NCBI GenBank assembly: GCA_043812955.1
Contig: JBDRLN010000012.1
Coordinates: forward strand, 12,749 to 76,748
Source: Candidatus Omnitrophota bacterium
GTDB taxonomy: Bacteria; Omnitrophota; Gorgyraeia; Gygaellales; Profunditerraquicolaceae
Direction: 5' to 3'
DNA length: 64,000 nt
A program made the translations under genes and the position numbers. Below are positions 18,746-28,597 of the stretch, in pieces. Within the stretch, counting starts at the first letter, position 1. The number at the start of each line of letters is the position of its first letter. The notes under the pieces are model-generated. The model saw nothing but the letters and a program-made list of their open reading frames with translations, was not told where the DNA came from and searched no databases.

Positions 18746-19894
18746 CTAGTTTATCTTATTGATCAGGAACAGGCACAAAAAACTAGTCACCGCGGAAAAT
18801 ACAATAAGCCATTGTAATCCTACGATGGGCAAAAGAAAAGCCCCGGAGAGATTGCTGGCGATCATAGCCAGATTGCTTATGCTGCACAAAAATGCAAATG
18901 AGGTTGCCTCTAATCCGGAAATTGTGTTTCTAGCCATAAAATCCATAACCATCAAAAATATAAACATCCCGATAAAATTATAGATAATATCATAAATAAC
19001 CGCGCTAACCGGCACATAATAAAGATAACTTAAAGTAGTAAACGCGCCCAGAAAAACGGAAAAATAAAGCCATTTGCGCATATTTATCTTCTGACTGAAT
19101 TTATAATACAATAATGACCCGATAATCCCGAAAACTGTACCTATAGTGCCTAACGTGCCGATCCAGACCTTATTCCACTTAAAAATATCTCTCTGGATAA
19201 AAAAAAGCGGAGTGCCGAAAGACGGCGAGAATTTGTAAAGAAAGATAAATAGGCCTACGATCATCAATTGTTTATGGCTGAATAATTTCTTTAAATCAGA
19301 AGAAAGCGTATTTTTAGAAGACGCCAGAACTGCGCGGTCCTCTCGGTAAAAAAAATTGATGATCCCGGCTAAAGCGTAAAATGGCAGTAAACAGAAGAAG
19401 GCTCTACGATAATCCCATCTCTGGGCAATATAACCGCCGCCTATGCCGGTGATTAGACCGGCTATTAATATAGAAACCCACTGGATGCTCTGGATCTTTC
19501 CGGTAATGCTTAATTTTTTTCCTTCCACGCACATTATCCCGTCAACAGATACATCCCTGAAAGCGGAATTCGTGGAACTTAAGACTAATAAAATAACTAA
19601 AGGAAGAATTGGCAAGGCAATAAGCCCTATGACCATAACCACAATTATATCCAAGCTCAATGAGATGAAAATCCAAACCTTTTTATTGAAAAACCTATCT
19701 ATTATATAACCTATTAATGGCTTAATCAGCCAGGCAGAAATCGTAACGCTGCTTAAGACCATTATTTTCTGGGGAGAAAAACCCAAGGTTTCTTTTAAAT
19801 AATAGAATATGCCCTGGGAAGGAAGGCCTTCAAATCCCTGGATAAAATAAACAATGCTGCTTAGGGCGTAGATAGAGAATATTTTTTTATTCAT
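18746..19894 (-). CDS. MFS transporter, folate/biopterin (BT1/FBT)-like
   Basis: About 12 TM segments, YYLKETLG, WLIKPLIG, DVSVDG motifs. Confidence 0.8.
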   Translation of the reverse strand: MNKKIFSIYALSSIVYFIQGFEGLPSQGIFYYLKETLGFSPQKIMVLSSVTISAWLIKPLIGYIIDRFFNKKVWIFISLSLDIIVVMVIGLIALPILPLVILLVLSSTNSAFRDVSVDGIMCVEGKKLSITGKIQSIQWVSILIAGLITGIGGGYIAQRWDYRRAFFCLLPFYALAGIINFFYREDRAVLASSKNTLSSDLKKLFSHKQLMIVGLFIFLYKFSPSFGTPLFFIQRDIFKWNKVWIGTLGTIGTVFGIIGSLLYYKFSQKINMRKWLYFSVFLGAFTTLSYLYYVPVSAVIYDIIYNFIGMFIFLMVMDFMARNTISGLEATSFAFLCSISNLAMIASNLSGAFLLPIVGLQWLIVFSAVTSFLCLFLINKIN

Positions 19895-19903
19895 AAATAA
19901 ATG

Positions 19904-19959
19904 GGGGACGTTTCTATTTTTCTGTTTATCTAAATATTGAAAAATAGAAACGTCCCCTA
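19904..19959. repeat. 56-bp palindromic repeat, right copy flanking the MFS gene
   Basis: Identical to 18674-18729 in the same orientation. Confidence 0.95.
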
Positions 19960-19962
19960 GTT

Positions 19963-20295
19963 TTACGGCTTTATTGGAGCTGCTCCGGTTTGGTTGGAAA
20001 CAACTGCCGCAGCAGTTACGTTTTCAACTGCTGCCGGCTTTTCCGCCTTGACATCCCGCATTAAAGAGCGGCTCTGCCTTAAAGATAAAAACGCCAGGCT
20101 CAGACAGGTAATAAAAAACAGGACTGAAAGAACCGTAGTTGTCTTGGTAAGAAAAGCGTTAGTTTTAGTCCCCAGCATTGATTCAATACCGGAGAAATTC
20201 TCCACCAGCCCGCCACCCCTGCCGGACTGAATCAGAATAATAGTAATTAAAAGCGCGCAGATAATAATATGAATAACTATAACTAACCCCATCAT
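19963..20295 (-). CDS. secG: Preprotein translocase subunit SecG
   Basis: ILIQSGRGGGL, FLTKTT, two TM segments, follows tpiA. Confidence 0.93.
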   Translation of the reverse strand: MMGLVIVIHIIICALLITIILIQSGRGGGLVENFSGIESMLGTKTNAFLTKTTTVLSVLFFITCLSLAFLSLRQSRSLMRDVKAEKPAAVENVTAAAVVSNQTGAAPIKP

Positions 20296-21068
20296 TTTTT
20301 CCTCACTTGGTTTGCTTTTTTGACTAAATCGCTAAAAGAATCAACCTTAAGGCTGGCCCCTCCTACCAAGGCGCCGTCAATATCCGGCTGATTCATTAAT
20401 TCTATGATATTATCCGGTTTTACGCTACCACCATACTGGATCCGCAACCCAGCGGCAGTATCCTGACTATACATCTTAGCCAGTAACTTACGTATATACC
20501 CATGCACCTCCTGGGCCTGGACAGGAGACGCGGTTTTTCCTGTTCCAATCGCCCAAACTGGCTCATAGGCAATAATCACATTTAAAACATCTTCGGCATT
20601 AATATCTTTTAGCCCATTTAAGACATGGTCATCTATTACCATAAAAGTCTCATTCTTTTCCCTCTGGGCTAAAGTCTCGCCAACGCACATGATTGGCTTA
20701 AGCCCGGAATTTATTGCTGCCTTAACCTTCTTATTCACCGTTTCATTGCTCTCCGAGAAATATTGCCTGCGTTCAGAATGCCCGATAATCACGAAATCGC
20801 AACCTATATCTTTCAACATCTTAGGCGATACTTCTCCGGTAAATGCCCCTTCTTCCTGCCAATATAAATCCTGACCGCCTAATTGAATATTGGATTCAGA
20901 GATAATTTCAGCTACCTCGCTTAAAGCGGTATAAGGCGGACACAATACAATCTCAATGGCCTCTTTATCCAAATTAAACAACTCCCTTTTTAAACCATTT
21001 GATAATTCAATGGCCTCAGGGATAGTTTTATACATCTTCCAGTTTCCAGCTATAATTGTTTTACGCAT
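20292..21068 (-). CDS. tpiA: Triosephosphate isomerase
   Basis: AGNWKM, GHSERR, AYEPVWAIGTG, YGGSV. Confidence 0.98.
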   Translation of the reverse strand: MRKTIIAGNWKMYKTIPEAIELSNGLKRELFNLDKEAIEIVLCPPYTALSEVAEIISESNIQLGGQDLYWQEEGAFTGEVSPKMLKDIGCDFVIIGHSERRQYFSESNETVNKKVKAAINSGLKPIMCVGETLAQREKNETFMVIDDHVLNGLKDINAEDVLNVIIAYEPVWAIGTGKTASPVQAQEVHGYIRKLLAKMYSQDTAAGLRIQYGGSVKPDNIIELMNQPDIDGALVGGASLKVDSFSDLVKKANQVRKK

Positions 21069-21069
21069 C

Positions 21070-22251
21070 TTATTTATCAGTTAAGGCAGCAATACCGGGA
21101 AGAATCTTCCCCTCTAAAAACTCCAGGCTCGCGCCGCCTCCGGTTGATATATGGGTCATTTTATCCTGCAGCTTAAATTTAGCTACAGCCGCAGCCGTAT
21201 CTCCTCCGCCGATTATAGTAGTTGCTTTGAGCGTGCTTAGGAATTTTGCCAGCTCAAAAGTCCCCTGGCTAAACGGCTCCATCTCAAATATGCCCAGCGG
21301 GCCATTCCAAACAACTGTCTTGGCCAATTTTAATTTCTTTTCAAACAACAAGATCGACTTTGGGCCGATATCCACAGCTATTTTACCATCGGGAATATTC
21401 TCTCCCACAATCTCGGTTTTAGCATTTAGGTCAATAGTATCCACAACCAGATGATCTATAGGCAAAATAATTTCCTTATTTAAAGCTTTAGCTTTATCCA
21501 AGATACTCTTAGCTAAATCTATTTTATCTTTTTCTAATTTAGAATTACCGATTGATTTTCCCAAAGCCTTGAGAAAAGTATAGCTCATGCCTCCGCCGAT
21601 TATAATAGCAGCACATTTGGGAAGCAGGTTTTCAATCACGCCTATTTTATCCGAAACCTTAGCCCCGCCTAAAATTACCACAAATGGTTTTTCAGGGTTA
21701 GAAACTACGCCGCCTAAATAGCGGATCTCTTTTTCCAGAAGAAAACCGGCAGCGGACTTTAAATACTTAGTTACTCCTTCGGTTGAGGCGTGGGCCCGGT
21801 GGGCAGTGCCAAAAGCGTCATTCACAAAAACCTCAGCTAAAGAAGCCAGCTGGATAGCAAACGCAGGATCATCAGCCTCTTCTTCTGGATGATACCTTAA
21901 ATTCTCTAAAAGTATTACTCTTTCCGGACAAGAAGCAATCTCTGCCTTGACCTTATCCCCAACACAATCATCCAAGAATTTCACCGGCTCTGCCAATAGC
22001 TCTTTTAACCTTAAAGCTACAGGCTGAAGGCTATACTTATCCACCCTTTTTCCATCCGGCCGGCCTAAATGGCTGATTAAGATAAGCTTCTTAACCGAGG
22101 CCTGTAAAATATATTTTATTGTAGCCAGGGTCTCCCTTATCCTAGTATCATCGGTAATATTAAGCAAATCATCCAGGGGCACATTAAAATCCGCCCGCAT
22201 TAAAACTGTTTTATCTTTAAAGTCAATATCTTTTACGGTTAATTTATCCAT
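21070..22251 (-). CDS. pgk: Phosphoglycerate kinase
   Basis: RADFNVP, HLGRP, DAFGTAHRAHAS, STGGGASLEFLEG. Confidence 0.98.
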   Translation of the reverse strand: MDKLTVKDIDFKDKTVLMRADFNVPLDDLLNITDDTRIRETLATIKYILQASVKKLILISHLGRPDGKRVDKYSLQPVALRLKELLAEPVKFLDDCVGDKVKAEIASCPERVILLENLRYHPEEEADDPAFAIQLASLAEVFVNDAFGTAHRAHASTEGVTKYLKSAAGFLLEKEIRYLGGVVSNPEKPFVVILGGAKVSDKIGVIENLLPKCAAIIIGGGMSYTFLKALGKSIGNSKLEKDKIDLAKSILDKAKALNKEIILPIDHLVVDTIDLNAKTEIVGENIPDGKIAVDIGPKSILLFEKKLKLAKTVVWNGPLGIFEMEPFSQGTFELAKFLSTLKATTIIGGGDTAAAVAKFKLQDKMTHISTGGGASLEFLEGKILPGIAALTDK

Positions 22252-22290
22252 GATCCATGTCTGCGCATACCCGTTTCCACCCTACCCATT

Positions 22291-22341
22291 CCACCCCGTA
22301 GGTGGGCTCCACCCCGTAGGTGGGCTCCACCTACGGGGTGG
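22291..22341. repeat. CCACCCCGTAGGTGG palindrome cluster (3 units)
   Basis: Two direct and one inverted 15-mers separated by GCT; also at 55600 and 63695. Confidence 0.9.
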
Positions 22342-22361
22342 ACATGAAGGTTTAATATAGC

Positions 22362-24641
22362 CTAATTTAGCTTATTTGTCAAAGAAATTTTCTTAAAAGA
22401 AATAAGTAAAACTAGACTGCTCAGCTTCAATATTACTACTATCATACAAGTATTGAATAGCCCTAATATAGGTAAGAATATTACCCCGGTTAATATACCT
22501 GCCAGCCAACTTCCGGCTAGATCGGCAAAATATAGCGCCCCTGTCGCCTTACCTATATTACCATCTCCTTTAAGGTACAACTTAGCAGCCAAAGGAAATT
22601 CCATACCACAAAGCAGGCCGGATAATAAAAATAAGGATAAATAAATCCAATAATTATAGCGGGAATCCCGGATTATTTCCTGAGCCATAAACCAGGCTAA
22701 AAATAAGGAAAACAGGATAATTGCGGCTTCCAAACCCCAAAATGGCTTAAAACTATCCTTGATCTTTTTTAGCCCAGCAGTAATCAGCAGGCTTCCCGCG
22801 GCAATACCAGCCATAAACACACTGATAAGCAACCCTAGGGCATGATATACAAACCCATAATTAATCTGAAAACTAAAAATTAAAACTAAACTTATAAGCA
22901 TACTGGAGAATCCGGTCGTAGCTATACTATAGACAACAGCTGATTTCAAACAACCATCCCCTCTGGCTTTTAATAAATAAAATAGGATTATAGATATTAA
23001 TATAATTAATAATAACAAATGCTCTATTCTTAAACCATCAAAAAGGCCTAAAACGTATGCCCCCCGGGAAGAAAACTGTTTATTCCAAAAGATCAGCATC
23101 TCAAATACGGCAATAGGGGCTAAATCGCGGTTAATCCTAAAAGTCGCGCCAACAGAAGAATCTTTAAACCACTTAACCCAAACAGGATCAAGCCTATAAT
23201 CCAGATATCGCGGCAAAAGGAGATTAGTGAAGATATTTTGCTGGCTTAACTTATTAGAAATAACCTGGGAATCAACTTTTAAGATATCCGCTGAATCCGA
23301 GGCTAAATATATATTATAATCGCCAGGGATTATCCTGACATAGGAATAAGACTTATTAGCCGCGTTTAATATCGAATAATTGAGGTCCCTTAATTCCCGG
23401 CTCAAATAAGTTAAAGAACCGGGAAGGCTAAATCCCAGAATGCCCCCGGAATTAAGATGTTTCCGGCAAAGCTTAAAGAATTCATAGCTCAGATGTCGAT
23501 TTATGGATAAATCCAAAGGTTGGGAAAATCCGATTAAAATAACATCATACTTATTTTTACTATTCTTAAGAAAGAACGAGCTATCCTGATTAATAACCTC
23601 AACCCGGCTATCACCCAGTTCTTTCCGGGTTAAATCTGACGGGTATTTATTCAACATATCTATTAGCACTGGATCAAGCTCAACATAATCAATTTTCCTC
23701 ACCCCATGCTTTAGGATCTCATTGATCACTCCTCCCGCTCCGCCGCCTATAACCAGGATATCTTTAGGGCTCTTATTAAATAATAAAGGCAGATTAGCGA
23801 ATTCTTCGCTAAAGGCTATATCCGCAAAAGGAGTGGTAATTATAGGGATGCCGTTATAAAAAAAGGTAATTTGTCCCTGCCGCTCCAGGACTACGATATT
23901 ACCATATACTGAATTACGATAATCCAAAACCTTGCCTATACTCCATTGTTTCTTTAAAGAATTATTCTGCAGATAACTCGGGGATATAAAAAAGAATAAA
24001 GACGCGCCAATCAACAATATGAAAACCAGTAAATATCTTAATCTGGTATTGCTCAAGCTCCTAACTAAGACTATACAGACAAAAATATTTATGATTGAAA
24101 CCAGTAAAACCGCCTGGAATGAATTTAAATATGGTATTAATAAATAGGTCAGGATTATACCTCCGCTAACTGTACCGATAGTCTCCCAGGCATAAACTTT
24201 ACCTAAAATAACCGATGAATCTCTTTTGGTATAGGCGGAGATGATCTTGGGGCTTAAGCCGAATAATCCACCGTGGATAAAAGCCAGCGGAAAGATTACT
24301 AATAATGAAGACCAAAATACTATTGCTAAACTTATTGTCTCACCGAAAGGTAAACCAAAATAGAACTTAAATGTACGGGATAAATAGATGGACGCCGGCA
24401 GGAATAAAGAAAATAAAAGGTTTAAGATTATAAATACGGCTTGGGGATTCCGGAATTTATAAACTATCCTGCCGATAAGAAAAACGCCCAGGCCTTCAGC
24501 TAAAAGCCAGTTGCCTAAGATTATTCCTAAGATAAGCTCGTTTCCATAAAAACTAACCAACAACTCCCTTAAAATAAATACCTGGGCAATTATGCCGCTT
24601 AATCCTACCAACCCAATTGTGAAAAATAAAAAAATAGTCAT
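22362..24641 (-). CDS. Membrane-fused spermidine synthase-like SAM-dependent protein
   Basis: N- and C-terminal TM bundles around LVIGGGAGG...VELDP; start placed at ATG 24641 because the upstream TTG lies in a terminator. Confidence 0.8.
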   Translation of the reverse strand: MTIFLFFTIGLVGLSGIIAQVFILRELLVSFYGNELILGIILGNWLLAEGLGVFLIGRIVYKFRNPQAVFIILNLLFSLFLPASIYLSRTFKFYFGLPFGETISLAIVFWSSLLVIFPLAFIHGGLFGLSPKIISAYTKRDSSVILGKVYAWETIGTVSGGIILTYLLIPYLNSFQAVLLVSIINIFVCIVLVRSLSNTRLRYLLVFILLIGASLFFFISPSYLQNNSLKKQWSIGKVLDYRNSVYGNIVVLERQGQITFFYNGIPIITTPFADIAFSEEFANLPLLFNKSPKDILVIGGGAGGVINEILKHGVRKIDYVELDPVLIDMLNKYPSDLTRKELGDSRVEVINQDSSFFLKNSKNKYDVILIGFSQPLDLSINRHLSYEFFKLCRKHLNSGGILGFSLPGSLTYLSRELRDLNYSILNAANKSYSYVRIIPGDYNIYLASDSADILKVDSQVISNKLSQQNIFTNLLLPRYLDYRLDPVWVKWFKDSSVGATFRINRDLAPIAVFEMLIFWNKQFSSRGAYVLGLFDGLRIEHLLLLIILISIILFYLLKARGDGCLKSAVVYSIATTGFSSMLISLVLIFSFQINYGFVYHALGLLISVFMAGIAAGSLLITAGLKKIKDSFKPFWGLEAAIILFSLFLAWFMAQEIIRDSRYNYWIYLSLFLLSGLLCGMEFPLAAKLYLKGDGNIGKATGALYFADLAGSWLAGILTGVIFLPILGLFNTCMIVVILKLSSLVLLISFKKISLTNKLN

Positions 24642-24647
24642 TTTAAT

Positions 24648-24682
24648 AAAAAAACCCGCCAATGTTTGATGGCGGGCCTTTT
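24648..24682 (-). terminator. Intrinsic terminator after the displaced gap 3' end
   Basis: CCCGCC-10nt-GGCGGG followed by a long T-run on the minus strand. Confidence 0.8.
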
Positions 24683-24702
24683 ATCATATGTTGTTATATC
24701 GT

Positions 24703-24834
<132 letters not shown>

Positions 24835-25110
24835 TTACCGTCCAGTTATGGTTATTTAACCATTTTTGGCCTTATACCGATTTGGTACACGTTCAGATAT
24901 GTATATTATATGATTATCATCCCCTCTGTCAACAACAGAAATAGAAATTGCTTTATGCTTTCTTCGTAAAAGCTATAATAGTTGGCTCTACATTCAATCT
25001 ATCTGACAGCCAATGCTCAATAACAGCTAAAGGGATTTCGTTAATGGTGTCGGCACTGGTTATTTTCTTAATTCTTTTCCGATAAACCCTGTGTTTTTGT
25101 TTCTGGGGAA

Positions 25111-25482
25111 TTACTTCGCACTGTTATCCGCGCCTATCTTAACATCTGTTTCTCTTTTTATCTTTTCGCAATAATAGACGTCTTCGGAAACGTCAATATT
25201 ATTATTGTGCCCCTGTTCTTTTAACTTAAAAATGGCATCTGAAAGATAAGATTCTGCGGTGGCATAAGATTCTTTCGCTTGGAATGGCGTTGAAGAACAT
25301 TCTGCCTTGTCTAGCCAATCTATGGCTTTTCTATAGCTCACATTCGCCTCTGCCAGCTTGGGATTATGAGATAGTTCTCTGCGGTATGGTGTCCCACACG
25401 TAGCACAAGAGCTAAGTGCAATAACGACAATTCCTAAAACCAAGATACTAAATCCTCTGATATATTTCTTCATCACATTCAC
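25111..25482 (-). CDS. Hypothetical lipoprotein
   Basis: Signal peptide with lipobox LSSC; SD upstream. Confidence 0.7.
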   Translation of the reverse strand: MNVMKKYIRGFSILVLGIVVIALSSCATCGTPYRRELSHNPKLAEANVSYRKAIDWLDKAECSSTPFQAKESYATAESYLSDAIFKLKEQGHNNNIDVSEDVYYCEKIKRETDVKIGADNSAK

Positions 25483-25485
25483 CTC

Positions 25486-25505
25486 CCTGCCTGCCGGCAG
25501 GCAGG
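25486..25505. repeat. CCTGCCTGCCGGCAGGCAGG perfect palindrome
   Basis: Same family as 5160 and 17745; abuts the SD. Confidence 0.85.
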
Positions 25506-25514
25506 CTTTACACC

Positions 25515-25600
25515 GTTTTGGGGCTGGTCATCAACAACTAAAATTACTGATTTGTCTTTGATCCTCTACCTCTTTTGAGTTTGACTTTTCAACATATTAG
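25515..25600. repeat. 86-bp direct repeat of 31701-31786
   Basis: 84/86 identical; copy of a response-regulator 5' end with ATG mutated to ATC. Confidence 0.9.
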
Positions 25601-28481
25601 GGGTGGCGCCTAGGGGAACGTCCCCGGAATACGCGCATGGAACATTCCAAATATCTTTTGCATATTCCCTTATTGTCCTATCACTTGAGAATCTACCTGA
25701 TTTAGCTACATTAATAATTGATTTTCTGGTCCACTCTTTCTTATCTGCATAAAGCTGGGAGGCTTTCTCCTGCTTTGCGCAATAATCATCAAAATCCGCG
25801 CAGACAAAGTAGCGGTCGCCGCAAAACAGGCTATTTAAAAGCGGGGAAAAAAGATTGGGTTGGTCCAGAGAAAAGAAATTATTCTGGATAAGCCCAATTA
25901 TCTCCTTAAGCACCATAGAGCGATTAATATAGTCCTGAGAATTATATCCGGATGCCAATATCTTCTCGATCTCTTCAAGCCTTAAGCCAAAAATAATAAT
26001 GTTGTCTTCGCCCACAGCTTCGGCTATTTCAATATTTGCCCCATCATAGGTTCCGATAGTCAGAGCGCCATTCATCATAAACTTCATACAGCCCGTTCCT
26101 GAAGCTTCGGTGCCTGCGGTTGAAATCTGCTCGGATAGGTCACTCGCAGGAATTATACGTTCCGCTAAAGTTACACGATAATTCTCCAAGAATATTACCT
26201 TTAATTTATCGCCAATCGCTTTATCGCTGTTCACTACATCCGCGATGCTGTTAATAAATTTAATTACAAGCTTGGCCATGAAATATCCAGGGGCAGCCTT
26301 ACCAGCAACAATAAAAGTCCTTGGGACAAGGCTTGCGCGCGGATTATTTTTAACCCTTAGGTACTGCGAAGCGATATAAAGCCCAAACAAAAATTGCCTT
26401 TTATATTCATGAAATCTTTTAACCTGTACATCAAACATAGAATCCGGGTTTACACGAATACCGGTACTTTCATAAATATATTCGGTGAGGTGTTTTTTGT
26501 TTGCTTTCTTTACCCCCTGCCAACTTTTGCAAAAATCACTATCATCTTTTAAGGTAGTAAGCTTTTCCAATTCGTAGAGATCAGTAACCCATTTATTACC
26601 GATTGCCGAAGTTATTAACTCAGAAAGGTGAGTATTGGATTTCTGCAGCCACCTTCTTTGGGTAATACCATTAGTCTTGTTATTGAATCTTTCCGGGAAG
26701 AACTCATAGAAATCCTTAAAGAGCTGTTCCTTAATAAGCTTTGTGTGTAATTCAGATACGCCGTTTATTGAGTGTGAACCGATTATAGCCAAATTGGCCA
26801 TACGGACTTTATTAGGATATCCCTCTTCAATAATAGACATCCTTCTTAGACGATCTGCATCTTGAGGATATCTTTTGGCCACATCTTTTAAAAAACGCAT
26901 GTTGATTTCATAAATGAGCTGCATATGCCTAGGCAGAAGACGCTCGAAACTCGGAACAGGCCAACACTCAAGGGCTTCTGACATTACCGTGTGATTTGTA
27001 TAACCAAATGTCCTCACAGCTATATCCCAAACAGTATCCCAATCTAGATTTTCTTCGTCAATTAAGATACGCATCAGCTCAACTATTGCCAAAGATGGAT
27101 GAGTATCGTTAAGTTGAATTGCTACTTTATCAGGGAAAAATTTAAAATCGGAATTGCCTTCTTTAAAACGACGGATAATATCCGCGATTGAGGCAGCGGT
27201 AAAGAAGTATTCCTGTTTTAAGCGCAGTTCCTTACCCTGGCTGCTGCTATCTCTGGGATAGAGGACCTTGGAAATATTTTCTGAAGATACCTTACTATAA
27301 ACTGCATGCTCATAATCACCTTCATTAAAATAGTTTAAATCAAAGTCAGCGCTGCTGCGCGCAGACCAAAGTTGCAATGTATTTACAATGTCAGTTTTAT
27401 ACCCTACAACTGGGATATGATAAGGTACCGCCAGAACATCTTCAGTATCAACCCATTTAACCCGCAACTTTCCCAATTCATCGTTAAACATGGAAGTGCG
27501 GCCGCCAAAACTTACCCTCACCGTACACTCAATCCTAGGAAATTCCCAGGGATTACCTTTATTAAGCCAAGCGTCAGGATATTCCGCCTGGTAACCATTT
27601 ATTATTTTTTGATTAAAAATCCCATATTCATATCGTATGCCATAGCCATGGGCCGGAATACCAAGGGTAGCCATCGAATCAAGAAAACATGCTGCCAATC
27701 TTCCTAAACCGCCATTCCCAAGACCCGCATCCTGCTCGCAGTCATACACTTCTTCAAGGTCAAGCCCCAATTCCTTAACAGCAAGTTTTGTCTCATTCCA
27801 TAGGCCTAAGTTAAGCATATTAGACCCAAGGAGGCGGCCAATTAAAAACTCCAAGGATAAATAATAAACTCTCTTTACGTTTTCTTTGTGGTATCCTTGT
27901 TGCGTATTAATCCAGCGCTCAATAAGCCTGTCTCTGATAGCGATGGCCAAAGCCATAAAATTATCATTAGGGGTTACGCTATACTGATCTTTGGCAAGCG
28001 AGTATTCGCGGGTAGCAAGAAATGAATGCTTGATACCATCCTTAGACATATCTTTGCCGATATTAAACCAAGAATTGACGTCTATTTTACTCTGCGGCAA
28101 GAATTTTATCCTAAGAAGAGATTTTATCCTGACAGAAAGCTCAGTCTTATCAAATGGCTTAGAAATAAAATCATCGCAACCTGCCTCTACCCCTTTAATC
28201 CTCTCTTCTTCTCCCGTTAAAGAAGTGATCATAACCACAGGCAAGGCTTGAGTCTCCTTTGTGGATTTTATCTTCTTGCATACTTCATATCCGTCAAGCT
28301 TAGGCATCATAACGTCTAATAGAATAAGATCCGGAGGATCTAAGGCCACCTTAGCCAGCGCTTCGCTTCCATTTACCGCCATTATGACATTGTAGCCGCG
28401 CGGGACGAGCAGCGCCTCGAGAAGTTCAAGATTCTTCGGTTCGTCGTCAACACAGAGAATCGTCAGCTTTTTATCGGTCAT
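25566..28481 (-). CDS. glgP: Receiver domain-glycogen/alpha-glucan phosphorylase fusion
   Basis: N-terminal REC (VDDE, LLDVMMP, ITS, SKP), then GLGNGGLGRLAACFLDS, QLNDTHP, KRFHEYKRQ, EASGTGCMK; ATG 28481 has a GGAGG SD. Confidence 0.92.
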   Translation of the reverse strand: MTDKKLTILCVDDEPKNLELLEALLVPRGYNVIMAVNGSEALAKVALDPPDLILLDVMMPKLDGYEVCKKIKSTKETQALPVVMITSLTGEEERIKGVEAGCDDFISKPFDKTELSVRIKSLLRIKFLPQSKIDVNSWFNIGKDMSKDGIKHSFLATREYSLAKDQYSVTPNDNFMALAIAIRDRLIERWINTQQGYHKENVKRVYYLSLEFLIGRLLGSNMLNLGLWNETKLAVKELGLDLEEVYDCEQDAGLGNGGLGRLAACFLDSMATLGIPAHGYGIRYEYGIFNQKIINGYQAEYPDAWLNKGNPWEFPRIECTVRVSFGGRTSMFNDELGKLRVKWVDTEDVLAVPYHIPVVGYKTDIVNTLQLWSARSSADFDLNYFNEGDYEHAVYSKVSSENISKVLYPRDSSSQGKELRLKQEYFFTAASIADIIRRFKEGNSDFKFFPDKVAIQLNDTHPSLAIVELMRILIDEENLDWDTVWDIAVRTFGYTNHTVMSEALECWPVPSFERLLPRHMQLIYEINMRFLKDVAKRYPQDADRLRRMSIIEEGYPNKVRMANLAIIGSHSINGVSELHTKLIKEQLFKDFYEFFPERFNNKTNGITQRRWLQKSNTHLSELITSAIGNKWVTDLYELEKLTTLKDDSDFCKSWQGVKKANKKHLTEYIYESTGIRVNPDSMFDVQVKRFHEYKRQFLFGLYIASQYLRVKNNPRASLVPRTFIVAGKAAPGYFMAKLVIKFINSIADVVNSDKAIGDKLKVIFLENYRVTLAERIIPASDLSEQISTAGTEASGTGCMKFMMNGALTIGTYDGANIEIAEAVGEDNIIIFGLRLEEIEKILASGYNSQDYINRSMVLKEIIGLIQNNFFSLDQPNLFSPLLNSLFCGDRYFVCADFDDYCAKQEKASQLYADKKEWTRKSIINVAKSGRFSSDRTIREYAKDIWNVPCAYSGDVPLGATPNMLKSQTQKR

Positions 28482-28597
28482 AATGCCTCCTTGAGCATCG
28501 ACCACAGTTTATGGTCGACTCACCAGACGCCGGTGTTTTTTAACTGGAAATGGCGTAACTCTTTGAAAGATAATGTAATTACGTGTATATGTAAAAA

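Noticed and set aside
19895-19962. tRNA often found after secG
   Set aside because: No cloverleaf or T-loop motif; the space is occupied by the palindrome
22291-22341. Possible mini-CRISPR
   Set aside because: Units are 15 bp with 3-bp constant spacers and mixed orientation; no cas genes
24889-24916. dif-like sequence ACGTTCAGATA-TGTATA-TTATATGATTA near the island end
   Set aside because: Only the central hexamer and part of one arm match; AT-rich context makes chance likely, and it is not at the duplicated core
24953-25090. Open frame fragment on the minus strand (...EIPLAVIEHWLSDRLNVEPTIIAFTKKA*) as a possible integrase remnant
   Set aside because: No start and no recognisable recombinase motif
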